Assembly (NCBI GenBank): GCA_963717965.1
Contig: CAVQXS010000001.1
Span: 2,755 to 66,754, forward strand
Direction: 5' to 3'
Length of the DNA: 64,000 bases
Origin: an uncultured Thermoleophilia bacterium
GTDB taxonomy: Bacteria; Actinomycetota; Thermoleophilia; UBA2241
Translations under genes and position numbers: made by a program
Notes under the pieces: generated by a model
Databases searched by the model: none
What the model was told of the DNA's origin: nothing
What the model saw: the letters and a program-made list of their open reading frames with translations, nothing else
Part shown: piece by piece, positions 11,360-20,838 of the stretch
Numbering within the stretch: position 1 is the first letter of the stretch
Layout of the letters: the number at the start of each line of letters is the position of its first letter

Positions 11360-11787
11360 CCTCCGTCGCCTTCGTGCTCCGCGACCACCGCGATGAGCTG
11401 TGGCGACGCTGGGCCGGCGCGCTCGACGAGCGCATCGCGGCCGACTACCGCGAGCTGATGAGCAGCCCCCTCGGCGAGCGCTTCGTCCGCGCCTTCCTCG
11501 ACGACCTCGTCGCCTGCAGCCAGGCGGAAGAGTACGAGGTGCCGGCGCTTCTCCGCAACGCCGGGGAGCGGATCGCCGCCGATGCCGCGAATCGTCTGTC
11601 GCTCGGGTTCACAGCCCTCGACCTCGTGATGGCGCTGCAGGCGCTCCGCGGGGCCATCGTCGACGTGCTGATCGACGCGCTCGTGCTCGGCGAGCTCCCG
11701 TCCTTCGCCGAGACGCTCGAGCAGCTCAAGGACGCCGACGCCTTCATCGACCGCCTGGTCTGCGCGACGCTCGCCGCCGGGCGGTAG
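11356..11787 (+). CDS. Hypothetical protein, possibly RsbR-N-like sensor globin fold
   Basis: 143-aa ORF overlapping the larB stop (ATGA). Helical. Weak resemblance only. Ends in TAG. Confidence 0.45.
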   Translation: MTSVAFVLRDHRDELWRRWAGALDERIAADYRELMSSPLGERFVRAFLDDLVACSQAEEYEVPALLRNAGERIAADAANRLSLGFTALDLVMALQALRGAIVDVLIDALVLGELPSFAETLEQLKDADAFIDRLVCATLAAGR

Positions 11788-11855
11788 CGGCCGCGTCCGC
11801 CGGACCGCTCGCGCGGCGGGTTGCGCCGTCGGGGGGCCGCCAGTAGGCTGCGCGC

Positions 11856-12926
11856 ATGCTGCGGCTGGCACTCATCTTCGGTGGCCGCTCGGCGGAGCAC
11901 GAGATCTCGCTGGCCTCCGCGCGCTTCGTCTTCGAGATGCTCGATCGCCAGAAGTACGAGGTCGTCCCCGTGGGCATCACGCAGGCAGGCCGCTGGGTCC
12001 TGCCGGATGACTTCGAGACCGCCGTCACCGAGGGTCTCGACGCCGCGCCTTCGCAGCAGGTCCACCTCGTCTCCGACCCGTCGCGGCCGGGACTGCGGCT
12101 GGCCGACGGGTCGTTCCGCCCGCTCGACTTCGCCTTTCCCATCATGCACGGCACGTTCGCCGAGGACGGCACGATCCAGGGCCTCCTCGAGATGGCCGGC
12201 CTCGCCTACGCCGGGTCCGGCGTGGTGGCCAGCTCGGTCGGCATGGACAAGGAGCTCATGAAGGCCGTGTTCGCGAGCGCGGGCCTGCCGCAGATGGACT
12301 ACCTGGTGCTGCGCGACGCCGCGGCCACGGGTGCGGACGCGGTGGCCGCCGTCGAGGCGCGCCTCGCTTACCCGGTGTTCGTGAAGCCGGCCAACCTCGG
12401 CTCCAGCGTCGGCATGACCAAGGCCCACGACCGCGCCGAGCTGGGGCCGGCGCTGGACCTGGCCGCCGTCTACGATCGCAAGACGATCGTCGAGTCCGCC
12501 TGCGAGGGGCGCGAGCTCGAGTGCAGCCTGCTGGGCAACGACGAGCCGCGTGCCTCGGTCGCCGGCGAGGTCTTCCCGGCCAACGAGTATTACGACTTCG
12601 AGGCGAAGTACACCGAGGGCAAGATGGCGTTCACCATCCCCGCCGACGTCGACCAGCGCCATCACGACCGGGTGCAGGAGCTCGCGGTCGCCGCGTTTCT
12701 CGCCATCGACGCGAGCGGCTTCTCGCGCTGCGACTTCTTCCTCGAGCAGTCCACCGACCGCGTGATCCTCAACGAGATCAACACGATCCCCGGCATGACG
12801 GCGATGAGCGGCTTCCCGCGGCTCTGGGCGGCGTCCGGCATCGACGGCAGGGCGCTGATCGAGGAGATCGTGCGGCTCGGGCTCGAGCGCCGCGAGCGCC
12901 TCGCCCGGCTCAAGCTGGCGCGCTGA
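11856..12926 (+). CDS. ddl: D-alanine--D-alanine ligase
   Basis: 356 aa with LIFGGRSAEHEISL, FPIMHGTFAEDGTIQGLLEMAGLAYAGSG, VFVKPANLGSSVG, LNEINTIPGMT. Confidence 0.9.
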   Translation: MLRLALIFGGRSAEHEISLASARFVFEMLDRQKYEVVPVGITQAGRWVLPDDFETAVTEGLDAAPSQQVHLVSDPSRPGLRLADGSFRPLDFAFPIMHGTFAEDGTIQGLLEMAGLAYAGSGVVASSVGMDKELMKAVFASAGLPQMDYLVLRDAAATGADAVAAVEARLAYPVFVKPANLGSSVGMTKAHDRAELGPALDLAAVYDRKTIVESACEGRELECSLLGNDEPRASVAGEVFPANEYYDFEAKYTEGKMAFTIPADVDQRHHDRVQELAVAAFLAIDASGFSRCDFFLEQSTDRVILNEINTIPGMTAMSGFPRLWAASGIDGRALIEEIVRLGLERRERLARLKLAR

Positions 12927-12942
12927 GCGTGCGCCTCTCCAG

Positions 12943-13374
12943 CTAGTCTGAGGTCTCTGTCCCCGTCGGGTGCGTCACGCGCTCGACCCAGTCCTTGAGC
13001 GGCGGGATCGCCTTCAGGTATCTGAAGGCGTAGGTGTCGGCCGAGGCCGAAGCTGTCACTGAGAAGACGACGTTGCCCTCGGACGTCTGCGCCGCCTTGA
13101 ACTCCTCCAGCTTGGCGCCGGACTTCGCCAGGTACTCCTCGGCGGCCAGCTTGGCGGCCGGCAGGTTCGTCGTCTGGGCGTACTCCGTGAGCGCCTCCTT
13201 GGCGGCCGTCGCGGCGGAGTCGTGCGCGGACTGGTGGGCGTTGAAGAGCGCCATCCCGTCGAGCATCACGATGGCGATGATGGCGATGATGACCGCCACC
13301 CACAGAATCTCGCGGATGAAGCCGTCCTGACTCCGCACACGTGAGCTCCGGAGCACGTCCCCTCCTTCTCGCAC
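12943..13374 (-). CDS. Hypothetical membrane-anchored protein
   Basis: 143-aa ORF with a single TM (ILWVAVIIAIIAIVML). No confident family. Ends in TAG. Confidence 0.45.
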   Translation of the reverse strand: MREGGDVLRSSRVRSQDGFIREILWVAVIIAIIAIVMLDGMALFNAHQSAHDSAATAAKEALTEYAQTTNLPAAKLAAEEYLAKSGAKLEEFKAAQTSEGNVVFSVTASASADTYAFRYLKAIPPLKDWVERVTHPTGTETSD

Positions 13375-13413
13375 CAGTCGTTTCCCCCTGTATCGGCGGG
13401 ATGTCCGGCTAGT

Positions 13414-14765
13414 TTACTCCAGAGGTCCCGTGAGGCCGATGCAGAGGACCGCGAGATCGTCGCCGGGCGGTCTCGCCGAGAAGCGCTCGCCGGCCCGGAG
13501 GAGGCGGTCGACGACGTCACCGGCGCGGGCGCCGTGGCAGCCGGCGAGCTCCTCGGCCATGGGCTCTTCGAAGAACCGGCCGCGCTCGTCCCTCAGCTCG
13601 GCGATGCCGTCGGTGAAGAGCACGATGAGGTCGCCCGCGGCGAGTTGCAGGATCTCCGTCGGGTACGGTTCGAGGGCCGCGTCGAGCTCCACCCCGATGG
13701 CCGGCTCCGTCATGAGCAGCGGGCGCTCCACGGCGCCGGCGCGCACGAGGAAGGGCGTGGGGTGCCCGGCGGTCGCCAGCTGGAGCAGCCCGGTCCGCGG
13801 GTTGAGCTGGCCGAAGAGGACGGTGACGAAGCGCTCGGTCTCCGGGTCGAAGTCGGGCTGCTCGAGGAGCCCGTTGCGCAGCTCCTGCAGCGCCTCGCCG
13901 GGGCGCGTCGGCCAGGACAGCTGGCCGCCGTGCACGGCGGCCCGCAGCATGTACTTGGTGACGAAGGTCGTGGCCATGGCGTCCACGCCCTTGCCGGCCA
14001 CGTCGCCGATCGCGAACGCGAGACTGGCCGAGGGCGGGCGCGTGTAGTAGTCGACGAAGTCGCCGCCGCTCAGCACGCCCGTGCTTGCGGACCGGTAGGC
14101 GAAGGCGATGTCGAGGCCGGGGAGCTCCGGGGGCGCCGCCGGCAGAAGGCGGCGCTGCAGCCGCTCGGCGACGTCGGCCAGCGCCGCCAGGGCGTCGTCG
14201 GGCGGCGTGCCCGGCGGGATCACGGTCGCCGCCTCCCCGCCGCCGACCAGAGCACCAGCGCCTGGACGGCGAGCGCGAGGACGGCGATGAGGACAGCGAT
14301 GTCGAAGGGCACCCCGAGCACCGTCACGACCAGCGTGAAGGTGAGCGCCCAGAGGAGCACCCCGGGGATGAAGCGCGCGAGGAACCGCCGCCGGAAGCTG
14401 AGGAGCAGCAGCCGGCGGCGCATCCCGTTGCCGCGCGCGTTGTCGTCGAGGTAGCTCGAGCCGCGCGAGTGCAGCGTGCCGCTGAGGTCGCTCCCGTCGG
14501 TCCCGTACACGCGGCACTGCAGGGGCAGGCCGGCGCGCTGGCGGAGCAGGGAGTCCTGCGCCCGCGCGTAGTACTCGACGAGGGAGAAGAAGCGGTCGTC
14601 GGCGGAGAGCTTGGGGCTCGCGAGGCGGACCTCGAGGTACAGGCGGTCCTCGGCGGGGTCGTACTTGATCTCGCTGCGCCAGCCCCGCCGGTTGAAGAAG
14701 TTGCCCAGGAACCGGTCGAGGTCGCCCGGGATGTTCTCGACGTCCGGTCTCTCCATCACGCTCAT
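13414..14765 (-). CDS. Membrane-associated PP2C/SpoIIE-family serine phosphatase; one frame change near 14250
   Basis: N-terminal part MSVMERPDVENIPGDL... with TM helices is in one frame. The phosphatase part (GGDFVDYY, IGDVAGKGVDAMATT, LFTDGIAE) is in another. Confidence 0.75.
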
Positions 14766-14769
14766 GTCC

Positions 14770-14867
14770 GGATTCTACCGCCGGTCCCTACATCGGCAGC
14801 AAGGCTCTCGGAGTGGAGCCCGGCCCGTGCGCCCGGTCGGAGCGGCCCGGCGATTGCGGTAGAATCC
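14770..14867. promoter_or_regulatory. Perfect 12-bp inverted repeat pair in a divergent intergenic region
   Basis: ggattctaccgc at 14770..14781 and gcggtagaatcc at 14856..14867, 74 nt apart. Located between the PP2C gene and the sugar-dehydrogenase gene. Confidence 0.3.
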
Positions 14868-14922
14868 CGTACTCGACGGAGCGGCCGCCGGCCGCTCCTC
14901 CCACGAACGTACAGGAGCGCCC

Positions 14923-16188
14923 GTGAAGATCGCAGTCATCGGCTTGGGCTACGTCGGCCTGCCGCTGGCGATGGTGTTCGCCGAGGCCGGCACCTCAGTC
15001 GTCGGCATCGAGGCCGTGCCCGAGCGGTGTGACGAGATCAACGCCGGCCGCAGCTACATCCAGGACGTCCGGAGCGACGCGCTCAAGGCGATGGTCGACA
15101 AGGGCCTCATCCACGCCACCTCCGACTACGCGGCGACCGAGGACTGCGACGCCGACATCATCTGCCTGCCGACGCCGCTGAACGCCAATCGCGAGCCGGA
15201 CCTCACCCTGGTCAAGGACTCGGCGGCGAAGCTGGCCGGGCACCTGCGGCGCGGCCAGCTGGTCACCCTCGAGAGCACCACGTACCCCGGCACCACGCGC
15301 GACGAGCTGGCGCCGATCCTCGAGGCCGGCTCCGGTCTCACCGCCGGCGTCGACTTCCACCTCGCCTTCTCGCCGGAGCGCGTCGACCCCGGGCGCACCG
15401 ACTACACGACGAAGTCCACGCCCAAGGTGGTCGGCGGTCTGACGCCGGCGTGCACGGCGCGGGCGCTCGAGGTCTACGGGCCAGCGCTCGACCACGTGGT
15501 CCCGGTCAGCACCCCTGAGGTCGCCGAGATGACGAAGCTGCTCGAGAACATCTTTCGCAGCGTCAACATCGCGCTGATGAACGAGCTCGCCATGCTGTGC
15601 GACCGCATGAAGATCGACGTGTGGGAGGTCATCGACGCGGCCGCCACCAAGCCGTTCGGCTTCATGAAGTTCCAGCCCGGCCCCGGCCTCGGCGGCCACT
15701 GCATCCCCATCGACCCCTTCTACCTGAGCTGGAAGGCGCGCGAGTTCGACTTCTGGACGGAGTTCATCGAGCTCGCCGGCAAGGTCAACGAGAACATGCC
15801 CTACTTCTGCGTCGAGAAGCTCCACCGCGCGCTCAACACGCGCGGCAAGAGCCTGAACGGCGCCCGCGTCCTCGTCCTCGGCGTCGCCTACAAGGCCGAC
15901 ATCGACGACCTGCGCGAGAGCCCGGCGCTCAAGGTCATCCGGCTGCTGCGCGATCACGGCGCCGACGTGGCCTATCACGACCCGTACTGCGCCGAGCTGC
16001 CCGAGTTCGACCTCGCGTCGGTCGACCTCGAGGAGTATCGGCGCATCGCCGGCTACGACGCCGTGGTCATCGTCACGGCGCACTCGGCGCTCGACTACCG
16101 GACGATCGTGCACGAGGCCGACCTCGTGGTCGACTTCCGCAACGCCACGGCCGGCATACCCAGCGCCGGCAACGTCTGGAAACTGTGA
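14923..16188 (+). CDS. UDP-N-acetyl-hexosamine dehydrogenase (nucleotide-sugar dehydrogenase family, WbpA/WecC-like)
   Basis: 421 aa with MKIAVIGLGYVGLPLA, GPGLGGHCIP and a C-terminal UDP-binding domain. AGGAG lies before the GTG start. Confidence 0.85.
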   Translation: MKIAVIGLGYVGLPLAMVFAEAGTSVVGIEAVPERCDEINAGRSYIQDVRSDALKAMVDKGLIHATSDYAATEDCDADIICLPTPLNANREPDLTLVKDSAAKLAGHLRRGQLVTLESTTYPGTTRDELAPILEAGSGLTAGVDFHLAFSPERVDPGRTDYTTKSTPKVVGGLTPACTARALEVYGPALDHVVPVSTPEVAEMTKLLENIFRSVNIALMNELAMLCDRMKIDVWEVIDAAATKPFGFMKFQPGPGLGGHCIPIDPFYLSWKAREFDFWTEFIELAGKVNENMPYFCVEKLHRALNTRGKSLNGARVLVLGVAYKADIDDLRESPALKVIRLLRDHGADVAYHDPYCAELPEFDLASVDLEEYRRIAGYDAVVIVTAHSALDYRTIVHEADLVVDFRNATAGIPSAGNVWKL

Positions 16189-16204
16189 GAGGAGCGACCC
16201 GCAC

Positions 16205-17230
16205 GTGACTGACAAGGTCCGCGTCGGCGTGGTCGGGCTCGGCTACTGGGGCCCCAACCTCGCGCGCAATTTCGACCGCTCGCCGAACGCCGAGCTCGCC
16301 TACTGTTGCGACCTCGACGAGGCCAACCTGGCCAAGGCCCGCGGCCTCTACCCGAACACGACGGTCACCGACGACTACGCCGAGCTGCTCGGCGACGACG
16401 CGCTCGACGCGATCGTCGTCGCGACATCGGTGCCGACCCACTACGCGCTGGGCAAGAAGGCGCTGGAGGCCGGCAAGCACGCGTTCATCGAGAAGCCGAT
16501 CGCGCTCAAGGCGGCCGACGCCCAGGACCTCCTGGCGACGGCCGACGAGTACGGCGTGAAGCTGATGGTGGGTCACCTGCTCGAGTACCACCCCGCCGTC
16601 GCCAAGATGAAGGAGCTCATCGACTCCGGCGAGCTCGGCAAGGTCTTCTACGCCTATGCCAACCGGCTCAACCTCGGCAAGGTCCGCACCGACGAGAACG
16701 CTCTCTGGAGCTTCGGTCCCCACGACATCTCGGTGCTCAACTACCTCACCGGCGACGAGCCGGTGGAGGTCAGCGCCCGTGGCGAGTGCTACCTGCAGGA
16801 CGACGTCGAGGACGTGGTGTTCGGCTACATCCGCTACAAGAGCGGCGTCGTCGGCCACTTGCACGTCAGCTGGCTCGATCCCCACAAGAGCCGCAAGATC
16901 ACTGTCGTCGGCGAAAAGAAGATGGTCGTCTTTGACGACATGGAGTCCGAGCGCAAGATCACCGTCTACGACAAGGGCGCCACGACGACGCGCACCAAAT
17001 TCGAGACCTACGGCGAGTTCGTGACGCTGCACTTCGGCGACATCCACATCCCCAAGATCGGCAACGACGAGCCGCTGCGGCTCGAGACCCAGCACTTCGT
17101 GGACTGCATCCTGAACGACGAGCAGCCGCGCAGCGACGGCCGCGACGCGCTCAACGTCGTGAAGGTCCTCGACGCGATGGAGATCAGCCTGCGCGAGGGC
17201 GGCCGCCCCGTGAAGACCGCGGAGCTGTGA
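16205..17230 (+). CDS. Gfo/Idh/MocA-family oxidoreductase (WbpB-like)
   Basis: 341 aa with VRVGVVGLGYWGPNLARNF Rossmann start and EKPIALKAADAQ. Confidence 0.85.
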   Translation: MTDKVRVGVVGLGYWGPNLARNFDRSPNAELAYCCDLDEANLAKARGLYPNTTVTDDYAELLGDDALDAIVVATSVPTHYALGKKALEAGKHAFIEKPIALKAADAQDLLATADEYGVKLMVGHLLEYHPAVAKMKELIDSGELGKVFYAYANRLNLGKVRTDENALWSFGPHDISVLNYLTGDEPVEVSARGECYLQDDVEDVVFGYIRYKSGVVGHLHVSWLDPHKSRKITVVGEKKMVVFDDMESERKITVYDKGATTTRTKFETYGEFVTLHFGDIHIPKIGNDEPLRLETQHFVDCILNDEQPRSDGRDALNVVKVLDAMEISLREGGRPVKTAEL

Positions 17231-17946
17231 CGGTGGCCCTGCACGCCAGCGGCCTGGGCCACAACCTGCTCCTCGGCGACGGCGTCGTCGTCGGCGCGGA
17301 CGTCACCTTCGGCGCCAACGTCGTCGTGTACGAGGACACCGTCATCGGCGACGGCTGCTTCATCCAGGACGGCGCCGTGCTCGGCAAGGTGCCGAGCCTC
17401 TCGCCGACCAGCACCGCCAGGCGCGGCGAGCTCGCGCCGCTCACGCTCGGCGCCGGCTGCGTGATCAGCACCGGCGCCGTCGTCTATCGCGGCACCACGC
17501 TCGGACCCGGCTGCATCCTCGGCGACTACGCCGGCGTGCGCGAGCGCTGCACGCTGGGAGAGAAGGTCGTGGTGGGTCGCGGCAGCGTCGTCGAGAACGA
17601 CACGGTCATCGGCGACTTCACCAAGATCCAGACCAACGTGTACATCACCGCGTACATGACCATCGAGGACCGCTGCTTCATCGCCCCGTGCGTGCAGACG
17701 ACCAACGACAACTTCATGGGGCGCACGGAGAAGCGGCACGAGCTGATCAAGGGCGCGACCATCCGCCGCGGCGCCCGCGTCGGCGGCGGCGTCGTGCTGT
17801 GCCCGGGCATCGAGGTCGGCGCGGAGGCGTTCATCGCCGCCGGCGCCGTGGTCACCAAGGACGCGCCGGCAGGCAAGGTGCTCATGGGCGTGCCGGCGCG
17901 GGTCGTACGCGACGTCCACGAGGACGAGCTGCTCGAGAACCAGTAG
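17227..17946 (+). CDS. Left-handed beta-helix N-acetyltransferase (WbpD-like)
   Basis: 239 aa of hexapeptide repeats. Overlaps the upstream stop. Ends in TAG. Confidence 0.8.
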   Translation: MTVALHASGLGHNLLLGDGVVVGADVTFGANVVVYEDTVIGDGCFIQDGAVLGKVPSLSPTSTARRGELAPLTLGAGCVISTGAVVYRGTTLGPGCILGDYAGVRERCTLGEKVVVGRGSVVENDTVIGDFTKIQTNVYITAYMTIEDRCFIAPCVQTTNDNFMGRTEKRHELIKGATIRRGARVGGGVVLCPGIEVGAEAFIAAGAVVTKDAPAGKVLMGVPARVVRDVHEDELLENQ

Positions 17947-18047
17947 CGGCTGGGGCGGCGGGCCGCTTCGCCGGTGGGAACAGTGACGGGTGCATGGACG
18001 ATCGGCCACAGGCCTCGCGCCGCATCCGTTTCAACCGCCGCCGCGCC

Positions 18048-18671
18048 CTATTCGTCTTCGATGAGCCAGATCCGGACGTCTCCAGGGCCGTGGACGCCGG
18101 TGCAGGTGAGCCCGGCGATGTCGGCGCTGTGGCTGGGGCCGGAGACCAGGGTGATGCAGGCGGGAGGGGAGGCGTCGGCCTCATTCATCGCCGCGAGCGC
18201 CGCGCCCAGGTGCGGCGTGAGGCGCGAGGACGGCAGCAGGAACCCGACCGACGGCGGCACCAGCGAGAACGCCCGCCCGTGCGAACCGCGGTGCCGGAGC
18301 ACCACCGTGCCCGTTTCGGCGATGCCCCAGTCGGCGAGGCTCAGACCGAAGCCCGCCCGGCGCGGGTCGTCAGTCCAGAGGTCCCCGACCTCCGGCCAGA
18401 GGAGCTCGCGCGGGCAGGAGATGGTGACTTCTTCGACGCGAAGCCGGCCTGCGATGGCAGCGAAGGCGGCAGCGCGGCTGGCCACAGCCGTCACGTGGCT
18501 GCCCAGCTCGCGGACGCGCTCGGCGAACAGGGACACGAGATCCGCGTTCGCGGGCGCTGCGCGCTGCGCGGCGGTCCGAGGCGACGGGAGGGGCTCGGAG
18601 TCCTCGGCCGGGCAGGGCGGGCCGCCCTGGAGTTGCAGGCGCACCCGTTGCAGGAAGGCCTCGCGATCCAT
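18048..18671 (-). CDS. lutC: Lactate utilization protein C (LUD domain)
   Basis: 207 aa from MDREAFLQRVRLQL... with GIAETGTVVL. Follows lutB. Confidence 0.8.
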   Translation of the reverse strand: MDREAFLQRVRLQLQGGPPCPAEDSEPLPSPRTAAQRAAPANADLVSLFAERVRELGSHVTAVASRAAAFAAIAGRLRVEEVTISCPRELLWPEVGDLWTDDPRRAGFGLSLADWGIAETGTVVLRHRGSHGRAFSLVPPSVGFLLPSSRLTPHLGAALAAMNEADASPPACITLVSGPSHSADIAGLTCTGVHGPGDVRIWLIEDE

Positions 18672-18673
18672 GG

Positions 18674-20107
18674 TCAGACCCCTCGCTTGCGGCGGGCGGA
18701 GCGGCGCGCCCACAGGCGGGCGAAGCTCCGCCGCGCCGGTGTGGGTAGATCGCGAGTATCGGTCCACGCGCGGACGACCCGGGGAGCCGCGATCAGCCGG
18801 CCACGGCGGATGACCAGGGGCGCGAGCTTGCCGGCGGCGCCGAGCGCGAGGTCCCACAGACGGCGGTGCGCGGACAGTGCGGCGAAGCCCCAGAGGCCGA
18901 GCCGCCAGCCTGTGCCGTCGCGTCCGGCAGCGACGACGTCGGCGCGCAGCTCCAGGAGCAGGTCGGCGAGCGGCACGCGCGCGGGGCACGCGGCCTGGCA
19001 CGCGCCGCACAGGCTGGATGCGTAGGGCAGGTGGTCGTGGCCGTCGAGGCCGTCGAGGAGCGGCGTGAGGACGGCGCCGATGGGCCCCGTGTACACGGAC
19101 TCGTAGGCATAGCCGCCCATCGTCCGGTACACGGGACAGAAGTCGGCGCAGCAGCCGCAGCGGATGCAGGTCAGGACCGGTCGATACTTGGTCCCGAGGA
19201 TGCGCGAGCGCCCGTTGTCGACGATCACCACGTGCAGCTCCTCGGGCCCGTCGACGTCACCCTGCCTCCGGGGGCCCGTGATGGCGGAGACGTAGGTGGT
19301 CATGCGCTCGCCCGTCCCCGCCCTGGGGAGCATCGTGAGTACGGGTTCGAGGCTCGCCCAGTCAGGGATCAGACGCTCCATGCCCATCACGGCGACGTGG
19401 GTGCGAGGCAGGGTGGTGCACATGCGGCCGTTACCCTCGTTGGTCACCAGCACGATCGTGCCCGTGGAGGCGACTCCGAAGTTGACGCCCGAGATGCCCA
19501 GGTCGGCGCCCAGGAATCTGTCACGCAAGGTGCGGCGGGCGAAGGCGGCGAGCGCCTCGACGTCGCCCGGCAGCTCCCTGCCCGCCGCCTGTGAGAAGAG
19601 CTCGTGGATCTGGGGCAGCGTCTTGTGCAGGGCGGGTCCCGTGATGTGGTAGGGCTTCTCGCCACTGAGCTGGATGATGAACTCGCCGAGGTCCGTCTCG
19701 GCCACCTCGGCGCCCATGGACTCCAGGGCGGGGTTGAGGCCGATCTCCTCGGTGACCATGGACTTTGCCTTGACCACGCGACGCGCCCCCTGCCGGCGCG
19801 CGAGCTCGACGATGTAGTCGCGCGCCTCCTCGGCCGTCGCCGCGAAGAAGACATGCCCTCCATTGCGCTCCACGTTGTCGGCGAACTCGGCCAGATAGAG
19901 GTCCAGGTGGTCGATCGTGTGGCGGCGAACAGCGGCGACCGCGTCGCGCCACGCTTCGGCGTCATCGAGCTCGCCGAGAGCCCTGTCGTGCCACTCCTGG
20001 GCCACCACCTGGTAGTCGGCGAGCCAGCGTCGCAGACCCTCGTCGTCCACCGTGGTGCGCACGATGGTCTCGAAGCGGGCGGTCGGTGATGCGCTCAGGT
20101 CGTCCAC
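18674..20107 (-). CDS. lutB: Lactate utilization iron-sulfur protein B
   Basis: 477 aa with GISGVNFGVASTGTIVLVTNEGNGR and cluster motifs CIRCGCCADFCP and CGACQAACP. Confidence 0.85.
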   Translation of the reverse strand: MDDLSASPTARFETIVRTTVDDEGLRRWLADYQVVAQEWHDRALGELDDAEAWRDAVAAVRRHTIDHLDLYLAEFADNVERNGGHVFFAATAEEARDYIVELARRQGARRVVKAKSMVTEEIGLNPALESMGAEVAETDLGEFIIQLSGEKPYHITGPALHKTLPQIHELFSQAAGRELPGDVEALAAFARRTLRDRFLGADLGISGVNFGVASTGTIVLVTNEGNGRMCTTLPRTHVAVMGMERLIPDWASLEPVLTMLPRAGTGERMTTYVSAITGPRRQGDVDGPEELHVVIVDNGRSRILGTKYRPVLTCIRCGCCADFCPVYRTMGGYAYESVYTGPIGAVLTPLLDGLDGHDHLPYASSLCGACQAACPARVPLADLLLELRADVVAAGRDGTGWRLGLWGFAALSAHRRLWDLALGAAGKLAPLVIRRGRLIAAPRVVRAWTDTRDLPTPARRSFARLWARRSARRKRGV

Positions 20108-20838
20108 CCCTCCGCAAGGATCTCGGCGAGATGCGCGACACGGACCTTCGCGCCCAGGCGGCGCAGGCGCCCGCCGATGTTCATCAGACAGCTCATGTCG
20201 AGCCCGAGCAGCAGATCGGCCTCCGTGCTGAGCACGTGCTTGGCCTTGTCGTCGACGAGCGCCGACGAGATGACCGGCATCTTGACGGCGAAGGTGCCGC
20301 CGAAGCCGCAGCACTCCTCGGCCCGCGGCAGCGGTACGTACTCCAGACCGTCGATCATTGCGAGCACCCGCTCGGGCTGGTCCACCACACCGAGCAGACG
20401 GCGCGTGTGACAGGAGTGGTGGAACGTGGCGCGGGCGGCACAGCGCACCGGGAGGTTCGTGACGCCCAGAACGTCGGCGAGGAACTGAGAGAACTCGTAG
20501 GTGCGTGCCGCCAAGTCGCGTGCCGCCTGCTCCTCGGGACGACCGCGGAAGAGCTGGGGGTAGTGGCGCCGGACCATGGCCGCGCACGAGCCGGAGATGG
20601 AGACGACGTGCTCACTGCCGGCGAAGGCGCGCAGGAAGGCCCGTGCCGAGGTGCGCGCCTCATCGCGGTAGCCGGAGTTGAACGCGGGCTGTCCGCAGCA
20701 CACCTGCCCCACCGGGAAGTCGACCTCGACGCCCAGGTTCTCGAGCACCCTGACCGCGGCGACGCCCACCTGGGGATACAGGGCGTCGCCCAGGCAGGTG
20801 ACCATGAGCGACGCCTTGATGGGCGGCGACCCGCTCAC
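20095..20838 (-). CDS. lutA: Lactate utilization protein A (CCG-domain Fe-S oxidoreductase)
   Basis: 247 aa with VCCGQPAFNSG and CCGFGGTFAVK. Confidence 0.85.
   Translation of the reverse strand: MSGSPPIKASLMVTCLGDALYPQVGVAAVRVLENLGVEVDFPVGQVCCGQPAFNSGYRDEARTSARAFLRAFAGSEHVVSISGSCAAMVRRHYPQLFRGRPEEQAARDLAARTYEFSQFLADVLGVTNLPVRCAARATFHHSCHTRRLLGVVDQPERVLAMIDGLEYVPLPRAEECCGFGGTFAVKMPVISSALVDDKAKHVLSTEADLLLGLDMSCLMNIGGRLRRLGAKVRVAHLAEILAEGWTT

Noticed and set aside
11856-12926. Ddl as a possible PylC (pyrrolysine biosynthesis ATP-grasp ligase)
   Set aside because: The sequence carries the canonical D-Ala-D-Ala ligase blocks (HGTFAEDGTIQG, NEINTIPGMT). No pylB- or pylD-like neighbours are present.
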